Source: Candidatus Poribacteria bacterium (lineage in GTDB: Bacteria; Poribacteria; WGA-4E; PCPOR2b). From it: a DNA stretch of 64,000 nucleotides. The position numbers and the translations under genes were made by a program. Shown piece by piece: positions 9,707 to 19,863 of this stretch (within the stretch, counting starts at the first letter, position 1; every line of letters starts with the position of its first letter). The notes beneath the pieces are model-generated. The model saw only the letters and a program-made list of their open reading frames with translations. It was not told the DNA's origin and did no database searches. The stretch covers positions 2,176,001 to 2,240,000 of the forward strand of contig OZ220744.1 in the NCBI GenBank assembly GCA_965116925.1, in the 5' to 3' direction.

Positions 9707-10866
9707 TTATAACTGAACGGAGATAATCTCACTATCTTGCAACGCTTCCGGCAGATCATCTGGAAAGCTCTGAATCTCCCGGAAATCGGGTACGGGCAGC
9801 GGAATCCCACCCTGATTGATTGATGCCTCCGAAACCAATCCCGGCACTGTCATATCGAGAGATTCGTAAACATCGATTGGGGGCTTTGCGTTGTTGATAA
9901 TTGAATCAGCAAACTCTCGGATCTCAAAGTAGTCTCCACCGCCGTGCCCAGCGCGTAAGGCTTCCTCCGGCGGATTGCGCCACATCTCCGGCATAAACTC
10001 CTCCTCGAAATCCCACAACGAACGCCACTCCATTTTCTCGTCATAGTCTGCCAACCAGATCTTCGGCGCATCGCCAAAGCCGCGTGGTGCCTCGTAGCAT
10101 CCCTGTGTCCCTTGCAAACTATAATAGGTGAGGTTGTGCGGACGGTTGGAAAGCATATCAACCCGGATTTCAATCAGTCCGCCGTTTGTCGTCTTGCACA
10201 TCATTGTCGTGCTATCTTCGTTTTCGTAATGTGCGCCGCGCGGATCGCGATAATGGTGCCCTGTGCCGAAACAGGAGACAGTACAGACGCGCTCATCGAA
10301 CCATTGTAACACGGGACCGAGGCTATGTGTCGGATAGGTTGATCCATTACGTCCGGTCTGCCATTTGCGTCGCCACTTTGTTCTTTCGTTACCCCCCTTC
10401 AGTTCATGGATATATGCGCCTTCGCCAAAATAGATCTCACCAAACAAACCACGCCGCGCGAGTTCGCGCACCAACACATTCGGCTTCATATAGGTATAGT
10501 TTTCCGCCATCATATACTTCTTCCCACTCTGTCTGACAGCGTTGACGAGGTGCCAACACTGTTCAAGGTCTGTTGCGGCGGGGACTTCAGAGAGCACATG
10601 CTTACCTTCCGAAAGTGCAATGACGGCTTGGGGAACGTGCAAGGGCATCGGTGTAGAGACGAGAATCACATCGAGGTCCGACTTTGCCATTTTTCAAAGT
10701 CTGTGTATCGCTCTTCTATCCCGTGCTGATCACCTACCTGATTTAGGATTTCAGTGTTGATATCACATATAGCAACGAGAGCAGTTTCATTCACAGTTTG
10801 GAATGCCCGGATAAACCCTGAACCGCGTGGGACTCCTACCAAGCCGACTTTCAGTTCGCTTGTCAT
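9707..10866 (-). pseudogene. Gfo/Idh/MocA oxidoreductase split by a 1-nt frameshift near 10690-10694
   Basis: N-terminal Rossmann part (10666-10866, LKVGLVG...YTDFEK) continues in another frame as MAKSDLDVILVSTP...HVLSEVP; one extra A in the A5 run restores a single ORF. Confidence 0.85.
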
Positions 10867-10923
10867 AGACCTACCTCTTAGATGTAGTTGACTAATCTAC
10901 CTTGAGATTTATGTCCTGTTTTT

Positions 10924-11403
10924 TTATTGATTTGATTCATGCGCTTCCTGTTCGTATACCAGCGGTTTTCCAACGATTTGTGCCAATTCCCTCCCCTGTC
11001 CCTCAATCTGATTTATCTGATAGGCGCGGGTAATGGAAAGTTGTGAGCCATCAACGAGGAGAAAGTAAAGATGCAAAATTTTAAGGAACTTCCCACGAGC
11101 TCTAATCCGCACAGAGCGGATGCCTGAAAATGGTATTGGGCGCGCATCGGGAAAAAGGAATAGGATACGCCGTTGCCACAGAATATCGCGTAGCGGGATC
11201 CGGATATCAATCCTCACGGTGTAAGTCAAGAGATGTAGCCCCATGAGCAAGAAGGGAACAGCAATCCATATCCGGTCATCCATCTTCAACTCTAACATGA
11301 GCGACCCAGCTATTCCAAACCAAATCAGACTAGAAAGTCGAGAGGCAAGGCTGCGTCTAAGAATAATTGTGTCTGGATTGGGTTTCTTGAGAATAAGAGC
11401 CAT
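10924..11403 (-). CDS. Hypothetical membrane protein (two TM helices plus soluble C-terminal domain)
   Basis: 159-aa ORF with two hydrophobic segments, co-oriented with neighbours. Confidence 0.7.
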   Translation of the reverse strand: MALILKKPNPDTIILRRSLASRLSSLIWFGIAGSLMLELKMDDRIWIAVPFLLMGLHLLTYTVRIDIRIPLRDILWQRRILFLFPDARPIPFSGIRSVRIRARGKFLKILHLYFLLVDGSQLSITRAYQINQIEGQGRELAQIVGKPLVYEQEAHESNQ

Positions 11404-11566
11404 GGGTAAAACTTACGCTGAATATTCTGTATTACATCTGCTGATACGCCAACGGGTATTGTAGTACCCAAATCACTAATGTGTCTATGGTCTTGGAAGT
11501 TTCTTCTTTTGTGCAGTAACGGTACTAGAGATTCACAGGGTTATTGGACATCAATTTTCCCATCTA

Positions 11567-11956
11567 TTACACCTCAACCTTGTAGTTCAATTCAATTTCG
11601 TCACCCGGCATACCGCGGAACCCCCAGTTGTGCTTGGGTGTCTCAGTGATTGTAATTTCAAGATCTTGTGGAGTGATATTCAGTTGTTGATACACTCTTT
11701 CAAAAAGCAGACGAATCAGGTGTTTCTTCGTTTCTACAGATCTGCCTTCAAACATACTAATCTCAATAATCGTGTACTTTGTCGTGCGTCCACTGGGATA
11801 ATAGAAATCAGAAGGATCTAGCGGAAAGAAACGATGGGCTCTTTTATCCTCCGGAAAATGCAAGGCATCAACGACACACGAATGAATGACATCGGAGAGT
11901 TCTGCTTTAATAGGGTCAAGGCTCTCCTTTAGTCCATAGATTTTAATCTGCGACAT
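11567..11956 (-). CDS. Tautomerase family protein (Tautomerase_2-like)
   Basis: IEISMFEGRSVETKK.L...DLEITITETPKHNWGFRG pattern. Confidence 0.88.
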   Translation of the reverse strand: MSQIKIYGLKESLDPIKAELSDVIHSCVVDALHFPEDKRAHRFFPLDPSDFYYPSGRTTKYTIIEISMFEGRSVETKKHLIRLLFERVYQQLNITPQDLEITITETPKHNWGFRGMPGDEIELNYKVEV

Positions 11957-11975
11957 TGCATTTCCTTTTGGCGAA

Positions 11976-12833
11976 TTAGGCTGTCAGAATCTCGACACCG
12001 GTCTCCGTTACGCGCACGGTATGCTCCCATTGCGCTGATAGCGAACCATCAACGGTGACGACTGTCCAGCCATCTGGAAGTGTCGTGCATTCGCAGCGAC
12101 CGGCGTTAATCATAGGTTCAATTGTAAACACCATATTCGGCACCATTGGCGGGCCATCATTTCTTTTGCCGTAGTGGGGAACCTGAGGGGCTTCCCAGAA
12201 CTCTAAACCCGTGCCGTGCCCGCACAATTCACGGACGACGGAATATCCGAGACTCTCGGCATGCTGCTGGATTGTGTAGCCGATGTCACCAATCGTGTTG
12301 CCGGGTTTCACTACATCAATACCAAAGTACATACACGCTTTCGTGTCCTCGATTAATCGTAGAGCTTCCTCTGATGCTTCACCGATTACGAACATACGAC
12401 TGGTATCGCCAAAATATCCATCCAGAATTGGAGTAACATCGACATTAATGATATCCCCGTCCTTCAAGACCGTATCATCGGGAATCCCGTGACAGATAAC
12501 ATTGTTAATCGAAGTACAGCAGCTTTTATTAAATCCCTTTACATCGAGGGTCGCAGGATATCCACCGTGGTCGCAGGTGAATTCGTAGACCCAGTGGTCA
12601 ATATCCTTAGTTTCTACGCCAGCTTCAATTCGTCCTTCCAGCATGTCCAAGGTTTTCCGCGCCAATTGACCGCTTCTACGGATGCCCTCAATCTGCTCCT
12701 CGGTCTTAATGATAATGCCTGACGCCATTCGTGGCTGAGATGTTCCTGATTTTTTATCCTGCTTGAGGTGGCAATTTTTATATCTTCTACCACTCCCACA
12801 CCAGCAAGGTTCATTTCGTGATAGTCTTCTCAT
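11976..12833 (-). CDS. map: Methionine aminopeptidase type I with N-terminal SEC-C motif
   Basis: RNEPCWCGSGRRYKNCH; CHGIP, INVDVT...DTSRM, GHG, FTIEPMIN, SAQWEHT. Confidence 0.95.
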   Translation of the reverse strand: MRRLSRNEPCWCGSGRRYKNCHLKQDKKSGTSQPRMASGIIIKTEEQIEGIRRSGQLARKTLDMLEGRIEAGVETKDIDHWVYEFTCDHGGYPATLDVKGFNKSCCTSINNVICHGIPDDTVLKDGDIINVDVTPILDGYFGDTSRMFVIGEASEEALRLIEDTKACMYFGIDVVKPGNTIGDIGYTIQQHAESLGYSVVRELCGHGTGLEFWEAPQVPHYGKRNDGPPMVPNMVFTIEPMINAGRCECTTLPDGWTVVTVDGSLSAQWEHTVRVTETGVEILTA

Positions 12834-12945
12834 TGTTATTAATCTTGCTAAAACCCTGTTTGGACCGGAACGGTTAATCTTGTATACTGTGAAAGGTTGT
12901 GAATCATAGAAATCGACAATATAAAATCTCTCTTGGATTATCTAC

Positions 12946-13707
12946 CTACCACGTCTCAAAATCCTTGATACAGGCTACGACCTCACTCGTGATGGCGTTA
13001 AGCAATGATTCCCCTTTTTCCGGCGTGGCGTGTTGCGGTTTCCCCATGGCCCCGGTCGGTGCCCACGTGACTAGTCGCTTACCGACATTGATGCGTCCGC
13101 CGTGCTCGCTATGGTAAAATGGTGAATCTATCAGCGGTGGACTGGACGTTACCCGATCCATCCGCATGATCTCGCCGTGCAAAAACAACATCATTGAGGT
13201 TTCGTACTCACAAGCGTGTGTCAGCTGCGGTGTCTCCATCCTATGAAGTTCTGGTGCCATCGCTGGTTCAGCCACGGTCCAATAAGAGGATAACGCAATC
13301 CACATATTGTTATAAATTTCCGATTCGTTCGCTAGCTCCGTGATTGCTTGTGTGCCGGGAACCACATTTCCTCCGTGACCGTTGAGCAAAAACACACGTT
13401 GAAAGCCTGCCTTGGCGATAGATCTGACAACGTTTTTGATCATCAACGTGTAAATGTGATTAGGGACACTCACCGTGCCGGGACGATCTAGATGATGGTC
13501 TGACGCACCAAGCCATAACGTCGGCAACAGATAGATCCCCTCACTGAGCTGTTTTTCGACGCGTTGTGCCACTGCGGTTACAAGATAGGTATCCGTCAGT
13601 AGTGGGGAGTGATGGCCATGCTGCTCCAGTGATCCAAGTGGAAGAACGACGACTTTCTCTTTGTCTGCCTCCTGCATATCAACCCAACAGTTGTCTCCAT
13701 ATTGCAT
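12946..13707 (-). CDS. Creatininase/creatinine amidohydrolase family protein
   Basis: PLGSLEQHG.H.P..TD, NGHGGN, HACEYETS motifs. Confidence 0.93.
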   Translation of the reverse strand: MQYGDNCWVDMQEADKEKVVVLPLGSLEQHGHHSPLLTDTYLVTAVAQRVEKQLSEGIYLLPTLWLGASDHHLDRPGTVSVPNHIYTLMIKNVVRSIAKAGFQRVFLLNGHGGNVVPGTQAITELANESEIYNNMWIALSSYWTVAEPAMAPELHRMETPQLTHACEYETSMMLFLHGEIMRMDRVTSSPPLIDSPFYHSEHGGRINVGKRLVTWAPTGAMGKPQHATPEKGESLLNAITSEVVACIKDFETW

Positions 13708-13799
13708 ATGAATGTGTCCTCCTGAATATAATAGCTGATCTAAATTTATGTTTCAACCTGATGCTGTATGGCGGTTAAAAAGTTTATAGCAAACTGCTA

Positions 13800-15023
13800 T
13801 CAATCGCTTAACTGATCCAGAGCCTCCGCTAACCGCTCTATCCCCGTGTTGATTGTTTCGAGACTCACCGCATAAGCAAAGCGAAGATGCCCTGGACGCT
13901 GAAACTTGCTCCCCGGCACTGTTACAACATTCGCGCTTTCAATTAAGTAGTGCGCTAACTCTTCGTCCGTATTGAGGAGTTTTCCTTCCGGTGTCCGACG
14001 CCCACAGTAGCGGCGTATATCAGGAAAAAAATAGAACGCCCCCGATGGACGCTCCCAAGGTGCACCCGTCACTAGTTCGCTAAAACGTTCCATCAATGCC
14101 TCTCGTCGCACCAAGAGTGCATCCCGAATTTGGTGTCGTAGGCGCAGATCTGCATCTTTCCGTAAAAAATGTGCGTACCCTTTCTGCGTGGGTAGGTTGA
14201 CGCACGAGGAGGTATTTCCCTCAACATTTGCTATTGTCCCCATCAACGCTTCCGGTCCCGCAATGAATCCTAGGCGAAGCCCTGTGCCCGAAACCTCCTT
14301 GGACATACCTCCAACGAGCAGGGTCTGATTGGGAAGGTATGAGGCAATACTCACATGTTCGATACCATCATAGATGATAGTGCGGTAAACTTCATCTGAT
14401 AAAATGCAGATCTGTTCGTGCTTTCCAATGATTTCGGCAAGTTCGCGTAACAGTGAATCCGGATAGACAGCCCCTGTCGGGTTATTTGGGGAATTTAGCA
14501 CAATCAGTGCAATCGTATCATCTTGGTTTAAAAGGTCAGCTAATTGATTTGGATCCGGTAGGAAATGTGGGTCAGTCTGCAAAATAATAGGTGGTTTACC
14601 CGTCAACAGGATAGGGAGATTCTCGAAAGATTCGTAGGTTGGGGCAAACGTGACCAATCGGTTCCGGCGAGAACTCGGGTTCAGCATCGTCACGCAGATT
14701 TTGAAGACCGCATCTTTGGGTCCAGGACAGACGACAATCTCTGACGGAGAATAGCTTAATCCGAACAGACAAAGGTCAGCATGAATGGCTTCAAGTAGTT
14801 CTGGATCGCCCGCCGCCGGAGAATAGTGCGTTGCATCCTCCATTACGGCTTGGGAGATTGCGGTTTTCAAGGAGTGAGGGACCGGAATCTCTGGGTTCAT
14901 TTCACCAATTCCGAAATCGTAAATCTGCTTTCCTTCCAGTCGCAGTTTGTCCGCTATAGATTTGATTTCCAGAGTCGGTGATAGTTTTATCTGTTGTGCC
15001 CAAGTTGATGGCGTCAGTCCCAT
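13800..15023 (-). CDS. Class I/II PLP-dependent aminotransferase (aspartate aminotransferase-like)
   Basis: NSPNNPTG, SDEVY, SKEVSGTGLRLG, PSGAFYFF motifs. Confidence 0.92.
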   Translation of the reverse strand: MGLTPSTWAQQIKLSPTLEIKSIADKLRLEGKQIYDFGIGEMNPEIPVPHSLKTAISQAVMEDATHYSPAAGDPELLEAIHADLCLFGLSYSPSEIVVCPGPKDAVFKICVTMLNPSSRRNRLVTFAPTYESFENLPILLTGKPPIILQTDPHFLPDPNQLADLLNQDDTIALIVLNSPNNPTGAVYPDSLLRELAEIIGKHEQICILSDEVYRTIIYDGIEHVSIASYLPNQTLLVGGMSKEVSGTGLRLGFIAGPEALMGTIANVEGNTSSCVNLPTQKGYAHFLRKDADLRLRHQIRDALLVRREALMERFSELVTGAPWERPSGAFYFFPDIRRYCGRRTPEGKLLNTDEELAHYLIESANVVTVPGSKFQRPGHLRFAYAVSLETINTGIERLAEALDQLSD

Positions 15024-15138
15024 AGAAAAATTCCCTCGTGATCTGTGAGATGGTGTGTTGATGGGTTTACGGCGTCCCAAACCTGTCGAAATAATAGCAT
15101 GAAGTACGCAACGTCGTCAATCTCAAACTTGTACCGGG

Positions 15139-15203
15139 TAAGGACATTTAATTCTCCTGTAGGAGGGATCTCCGAATCCCGACACCTCACTAAATAGTCC
15201 TAT
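15139..15203. repeat. Small element with AGGAC(T)ATTTA ends enclosing a GTAG-REP hairpin (15159-15183)
   Basis: AGGACATTTA...TAAATAGTCCT imperfect inverted ends; internal GTAGGAGGGATCTCCGAATCCCGAC; related copy at 20404-20548 in reverse orientation. Confidence 0.7.
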
Positions 15204-15220
15204 CACCGACCAAAAAAACA

Positions 15221-15249
15221 TTGACAGTCGAAAGTTAAGAGATTATACT
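15221..15249 (+). promoter_or_regulatory. Sigma70 promoter of argC
   Basis: TTGACA, 17 bp, TATACT; palindrome TTCATAATATGAA follows over the predicted +1. Confidence 0.8.
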
Positions 15250-15324
15250 TCATAATATGAACTGCAAGGGTTAATCTCGTTATTCGATCGTTCTTGAATC
15301 CAAGTATAGAAAAGGAGGCAGATC

Positions 15325-16296
15325 ATGTATAGCATCGGCATATACGGCAACACCGGCATGGTGGGCCAAGAGATTGAAAAAGTCTTAGAAAATCACGATC
15401 AGGTTGAAGTCTGCTTCAGGAAAAATTCAAGAAGAGAAGAAGGAGTGCTGAACTCCTGCGAACTGGTCTTTCTGGCGACGAAAGATCCAGAATCAATGAC
15501 GTTTGCACCGCCAATTTTTGAACTTGGCAAGAAAGTGATTGATATGAGCGGTGCCTTCAGATTTCCCAGAGAGGAATTTGAAGAAGAGTACGCACCCCGA
15601 ATTGGATTGAATCCCTACGAATCAACGGATTACGTTCCGGAATTGCTAGCGGAAGCCGTTTATGGGATGCCGGCACTGCTGCAAGATCAGATCGCTCAGG
15701 CACGACTCGTCGGGAATCCGGGTTGCTACCCGACGAGTGTTGTTCTAGCTTTAAGACCCCTTAAAGGGATTGTCCAAGGAGAAGCGACAATTGTAGCAAC
15801 TTCGGGCATTTCCGGCGCACGAAAGGATGTTGAAGAGGTGCCCAATGAAATCACGTACGCTTACGGCAGAAGGCACAAGCACATCCCGGAGATGGAGCTA
15901 TACTCCGGTTTTCGTGTCAACTTTACCCCCATCGTCCTACAGTCTGTTTTTAGGGGGATTAATACGAACATCAGAGTTGAATTGACGGAACCGCTGAAAG
16001 AGCTCTCTGAAGAGGCGGCTGTTGAGCAGTTGAGTCAGACCATCCGTAACGCTTACCAACCGGAGGATTTGGTGTTCATCGTAGAAGATACCGCTGATAA
16101 GCAGTGGGGCACACGCGATATTGCCGACACACATAAGCTCCTCGTCAAAGTAAGAGTCGATGAAGGATACGCCTATATCTGTTCCCTTGAAGACAACCTT
16201 GGCAAAGGTGCTGCTAGCCAAGCAGTCGAGAACATGAATATTATGCTCGGACTACCACGGCTATACGGTATCGAACCTGCGTATAGTACGAGTTGA
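15325..16296 (+). CDS. argC: N-acetyl-gamma-glutamyl-phosphate reductase
   Basis: VIDMSGAFR, VYGMP, GNPGCYPT (catalytic Cys), SGISGA, DNLGKGAASQAVENMN. Confidence 0.9.
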   Translation: MYSIGIYGNTGMVGQEIEKVLENHDQVEVCFRKNSRREEGVLNSCELVFLATKDPESMTFAPPIFELGKKVIDMSGAFRFPREEFEEEYAPRIGLNPYESTDYVPELLAEAVYGMPALLQDQIAQARLVGNPGCYPTSVVLALRPLKGIVQGEATIVATSGISGARKDVEEVPNEITYAYGRRHKHIPEMELYSGFRVNFTPIVLQSVFRGINTNIRVELTEPLKELSEEAAVEQLSQTIRNAYQPEDLVFIVEDTADKQWGTRDIADTHKLLVKVRVDEGYAYICSLEDNLGKGAASQAVENMNIMLGLPRLYGIEPAYSTS

Positions 16297-16548
16297 ATGG
16301 AGGTGTGCAAATAGATTTCCACATGAGTAGAAATAAGCAGATCGCTATAAGAAATGGTTCTGCGGCTCCCAATGTTGCCAATCAGCGGGACGGCTGCTGA
16401 TTGGCAATACCGTTGTTCAGATACTAATCCCACCGAGTCACTGTGTTTCAACCCCCAAAATCACGACAATGACCACCCCCGTCGAACAGGCCTTTCCACA
16501 CCGACAAGAATATTGAATTAATAACGCTAATTTTCAAAGGAGAATTTA

Positions 16549-17454
16549 ATGTCCGCAAACAGTTATCGTGGTGTATTCGTCATTCCATCTACACCGTTCC
16601 AAGAAAACGGAGAAATTGATGTTCCCAGTTTCCAACGCATGATCAATTTCTGCATCGAGTGTGGTTCACACGGCTTGGTTTATCCCGTGAACGCCAGCGA
16701 GTTTACCGCCCTCAGTGATGCGGAACGGTTTCAGATGTCGGAGATACTCGTTAAGCAGAACGCTGGTCGGTTGCCTGCCATTATCGGCGTTGCGGGAGTG
16801 ACACAGGAGATCGCGGAAGTGTTCGCCAAACACGCGCGCGATATTGGCGCGGACGGTGTCATCGCTATGCCGCCGTACATCCATCATATATCTGAAAGCC
16901 TCACCTTTGACTATTACCAAGCAATCTCAGATGCGGCACAAATGCCGGTTTTCATCCAGAACAATATGCCGCCGATTGGGTCAAACCTGTCGGCAGAATG
17001 CTTGCTTAAACTCTGTCGGGAGATTGAGCATGTCGAATACATCAAGGAGGAGACGCTGCCTAGCACGGTAAAATTGACCGCTGTGATGGAAGGAAACGAT
17101 GGCTCGTGCAAGGGGGTATTTGGCGGAGCAGGTGGACGTTATCTGATTGAGGAATATAGGCGTGGGAGTGCGGGACAGATGCCAGCCAGCCATGTCACTG
17201 AGGTCGTCGTCGCTTTATGGGACGCTTTAGAGACAGGCGATGAGGAACGATCAACCTATATTTACAAAGAGATGGCACCGCTTTTCCTCTTTGAACATCA
17301 ACTCCCCGGCTGTTACAAAGAGGTCCTGTATCGGCGTGGGATTATTGATTGTCCGCTCAAGCGTAATGGACAGATGCCGTTAGACGAGATCGCCTCGAAA
17401 TATTTGGATGAAATTCTCGCAAGGTTGGAGCCGTTGATGACTTGGAAAAAGTAA
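16549..17454 (+). CDS. Dihydrodipicolinate synthase/N-acetylneuraminate lyase family protein
   Basis: TPF.ENGEID, SEF.ALSDAER, GADGVIAMPPY, YIKEE Schiff-base Lys. Confidence 0.9.
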   Translation: MSANSYRGVFVIPSTPFQENGEIDVPSFQRMINFCIECGSHGLVYPVNASEFTALSDAERFQMSEILVKQNAGRLPAIIGVAGVTQEIAEVFAKHARDIGADGVIAMPPYIHHISESLTFDYYQAISDAAQMPVFIQNNMPPIGSNLSAECLLKLCREIEHVEYIKEETLPSTVKLTAVMEGNDGSCKGVFGGAGGRYLIEEYRRGSAGQMPASHVTEVVVALWDALETGDEERSTYIYKEMAPLFLFEHQLPGCYKEVLYRRGIIDCPLKRNGQMPLDEIASKYLDEILARLEPLMTWKK

Positions 17455-17484
17455 CTACGGTGGGTTGGCATGGTAGGGAAGGTT

Positions 17485-17512
17485 GTAGGGAACAACGATC
17501 GTTGTTCCCTAC
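17485..17512. repeat. Perfect 28-bp GTAG-type palindrome between convergent genes
   Basis: GTAGGGAACAACGATCGTTGTTCCCTAC equals its own reverse complement; related copy at 41346-41373. Confidence 0.85.
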
Positions 17513-17528
17513 TAAAACACAAATCGGG

Positions 17529-18377
17529 TTAGGGGATAACCGCATCTTCTCCGAGATGTTCCTGGATCCAATCTCTGAGAGGAACATCCTCGTCTTTCGG
17601 GGAGGTGTATCCCAATCCCCCTGTGCTAGCACCCAGCAACTGCCGCCGAATGGGATCGCTGCGCTCCATATAGTGGTCAACGGTCATATTGTCTCTCGGT
17701 CGCAACCACCGATAGCTGTAACCGTAGAACAATACCTTTCGGGTGATATCGGAATGATTCGGACTTGCGGAATGCCAGATTCGTCGATCGAAAAATACCG
17801 CCGTACCGGGCGGCACTTTCACCGCTGTCGTCCCTTCTGGATTTGAGACTCCATCTTCAGGCAGGTCTAACTCGTTCTGCAAATGGCTGCCGGGCAGGAC
17901 ATAGAAATTCCCACTTCCCTCTACCGTTGTGTCAGTCAGAAAGTAACCGATCTTGAGAGAGATTCGCGGACGGGGATTGCTTTCCAAGTCGCTGTTCAGA
18001 CGTCCGCTGTCTTGGTGCCAGCCCAAACGCCCCTCATCCGATCTTTCTTCGGGTGGTAATGGCGGCGTGATCCCCAAGTGTGAGTGGTAAAGCTGGATGT
18101 GCCATCCCAAGATGCCCCACACCTTCGGAAATGTCTTATACCAATCCAGCAACTCTAGGAAGCTATCATCCTTCCCAATGAAGTCGAAGATATTCAGCCG
18201 TTCATGGGGGGACAAGTCTTGCTGGGGTCGAAGTTCTGCCTCAAGCCGATCTAAAACGGCGTTAAGGTCATCGACTATCTTCGGGGGCAACGCATCTTCA
18301 ACGATGAAGAAACCGTTCTTATCAAATTGGAGTCGTTCTTCATGCGTCAGGCAATAATCTAAACATGCAGTATCCAT
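17529..18377 (-). CDS. Phytanoyl-CoA dioxygenase (PhyH) family protein
   Basis: F.KNGFF, WHQD, VLPGSH, FFDRRIWHSA..N.SD.TRK motifs; GAGGAGG RBS. Confidence 0.92.
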   Translation of the reverse strand: MDTACLDYCLTHEERLQFDKNGFFIVEDALPPKIVDDLNAVLDRLEAELRPQQDLSPHERLNIFDFIGKDDSFLELLDWYKTFPKVWGILGWHIQLYHSHLGITPPLPPEERSDEGRLGWHQDSGRLNSDLESNPRPRISLKIGYFLTDTTVEGSGNFYVLPGSHLQNELDLPEDGVSNPEGTTAVKVPPGTAVFFDRRIWHSASPNHSDITRKVLFYGYSYRWLRPRDNMTVDHYMERSDPIRRQLLGASTGGLGYTSPKDEDVPLRDWIQEHLGEDAVIP

Positions 18378-18434
18378 ATATACCTCCTCTACTGTTTCCC
18401 AAATTCTGAGTTCGGCAGATTTTCATTATAGCAT

Positions 18435-18463
18435 ATTATATCAGATATTCATGCCTGTGTAAA
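18435..18463 (-). promoter_or_regulatory. Sigma70 promoter of the PhyH gene, left intact next to the IS insertion
   Basis: Minus strand TTTACA, 17 bp, TATAAT preceded by TGA. Confidence 0.7.
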
Positions 18464-18482
18464 TAAAGAATAACAACCTTAT

Positions 18483-19804
18483 TAGGGTCATTTAGTTTTT
18501 CCCGTTGATTAAGTTAAAAGCGTGTAGTGGGTGTGCGGCGCAATAGCGCATTGTTTGTGTGATACTATTGTATCCAGCAAATCGCAACACCGCTAGTGCG
18601 GTATTGCGCAAAGCACTCATTACCTGCGGAATCACACCGGAGCGCACTTGAGAGGCATCTTCGCCTAAAACCACATCACGCACCCAATGAGACTGATTTT
18701 CAATGGTCCAATGTCCGCGTCGCAAAGTGAGTAAGTCCTTTGCTGATGCCTCGGTTGGAGTTAGACTCGTTATCCCGTATTGGGTCTTTTGCTTCACTTG
18801 ACCGGTTGATATGTCAATCCGTTCGTAACAACACTCAAACACTTGCTCAACTCCAGGCCACTGTATGTAATCGTTCAGTGCGGTACTTGCTGTCAACGTT
18901 CGTGTCTCAATGCGCCCATGGCTTTTTTCAACGGTTTGATAGGTATCAAGCGTTTGGTTCAATTCGGTGTGCATCTGCTGAAGCGCGTTGTCAGTCGGTT
19001 GAGTTGCACTTATATCTGTCGGTGGGTCAAACAAACAGCGAATATCGTGATGTAACTGTTTGTGATTCAATCCCACCGGCACCACATAATCGGCGTCCAA
19101 AGCACATACTTTTTGACAAAAGTCACGCTGTGTCAGCAGCGCATCCGTCGTTACGATTTTGCCTTTGACGTCAAAGGCGGAAAGTATCTCAGTGGAGATA
19201 GGGATTTCATTGGTTTTGGTATCGACTGCCTTTTGGGTAATCGTTACCCCCAGTTGATGACTGACGACCGAGAGCAGATGGCTCACTGAGGCGTTTTGCT
19301 TGGCACTGCCACGAAGCGTTTTGCCATCAATAGCCACAGCCATTGAGCCTGACGCACCGGACACGCTTTGAAGGGTTTGAGTCACCCATTGGCTCAACAC
19401 TGCCTCCAACTTGCCGATGTCCAATCGCTTAAACAGGTTATGTAACGTCGCCGCACAAGGCGTTTGAGCGCGCGTAAAGCCAAGGGCTTGGATTAACGCA
19501 GGTGAATAGGTACGTCCCCATTGGGCTATCGCACTATAACTCCGATACCCACACATGATTGCAATCACCGACAAGGCAAGAATCGCACACAAAGGGTGCC
19601 GCTTCCCTTTGGCGTTGCGGGGATCCGTAACTTCTGCTAAAATATCTATCAAGTGACCAGACTTTGTTTGGGTCATATTTCACCTCAAAGGTTGTGGGAG
19701 ATTTTTAAGGTGAAGTATAGCAAGTGCGGCATCAAATGTCACGCCGCACTTTCACTAAAAACATGGACATACACAAACAAAAGGCCGAAAACTAAATGAC
19801 CCTA
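18483..19804 (-). mobile_element. ISAs1-family insertion sequence (1322 bp)
   Basis: Perfect 17-bp TIRs TAGGGTCATTTAGTTTT / AAAACTAAATGACCCTA; perfect 10-bp target duplication ACAACCTTAT (18473-18482 and 19805-19814). Confidence 0.96.
18492..19676 (-). CDS. ISAs1 family DDE transposase
   Basis: DPR..KGKRHPL, AIDGKTLRGS, K.NEI, TDALLTQ, HGRIETR, RGHWTIEN..HWVRDV..GED. Confidence 0.96.
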   Translation of the reverse strand: MTQTKSGHLIDILAEVTDPRNAKGKRHPLCAILALSVIAIMCGYRSYSAIAQWGRTYSPALIQALGFTRAQTPCAATLHNLFKRLDIGKLEAVLSQWVTQTLQSVSGASGSMAVAIDGKTLRGSAKQNASVSHLLSVVSHQLGVTITQKAVDTKTNEIPISTEILSAFDVKGKIVTTDALLTQRDFCQKVCALDADYVVPVGLNHKQLHHDIRCLFDPPTDISATQPTDNALQQMHTELNQTLDTYQTVEKSHGRIETRTLTASTALNDYIQWPGVEQVFECCYERIDISTGQVKQKTQYGITSLTPTEASAKDLLTLRRGHWTIENQSHWVRDVVLGEDASQVRSGVIPQVMSALRNTALAVLRFAGYNSITQTMRYCAAHPLHAFNLINGKN

Positions 19805-19863
19805 ACAACCTTATAGCAATATACGGAGCAGCAGTAATACTGCTTTTCAAGAAGTATTTTTAC

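Noticed and set aside
15249..15261. TTCATAATATGAA palindrome at the argC start site as an ARG box
   Set aside because: Spacing and sequence do not fit ArgR consensus boxes well and there is no second box.
16375..16407. 12-bp perfect inverted repeat TTGCCAATCAGC / GCTGATTGGCAA after argC
   Set aside because: Single copy in the window with no U-tract; function cannot be assigned.
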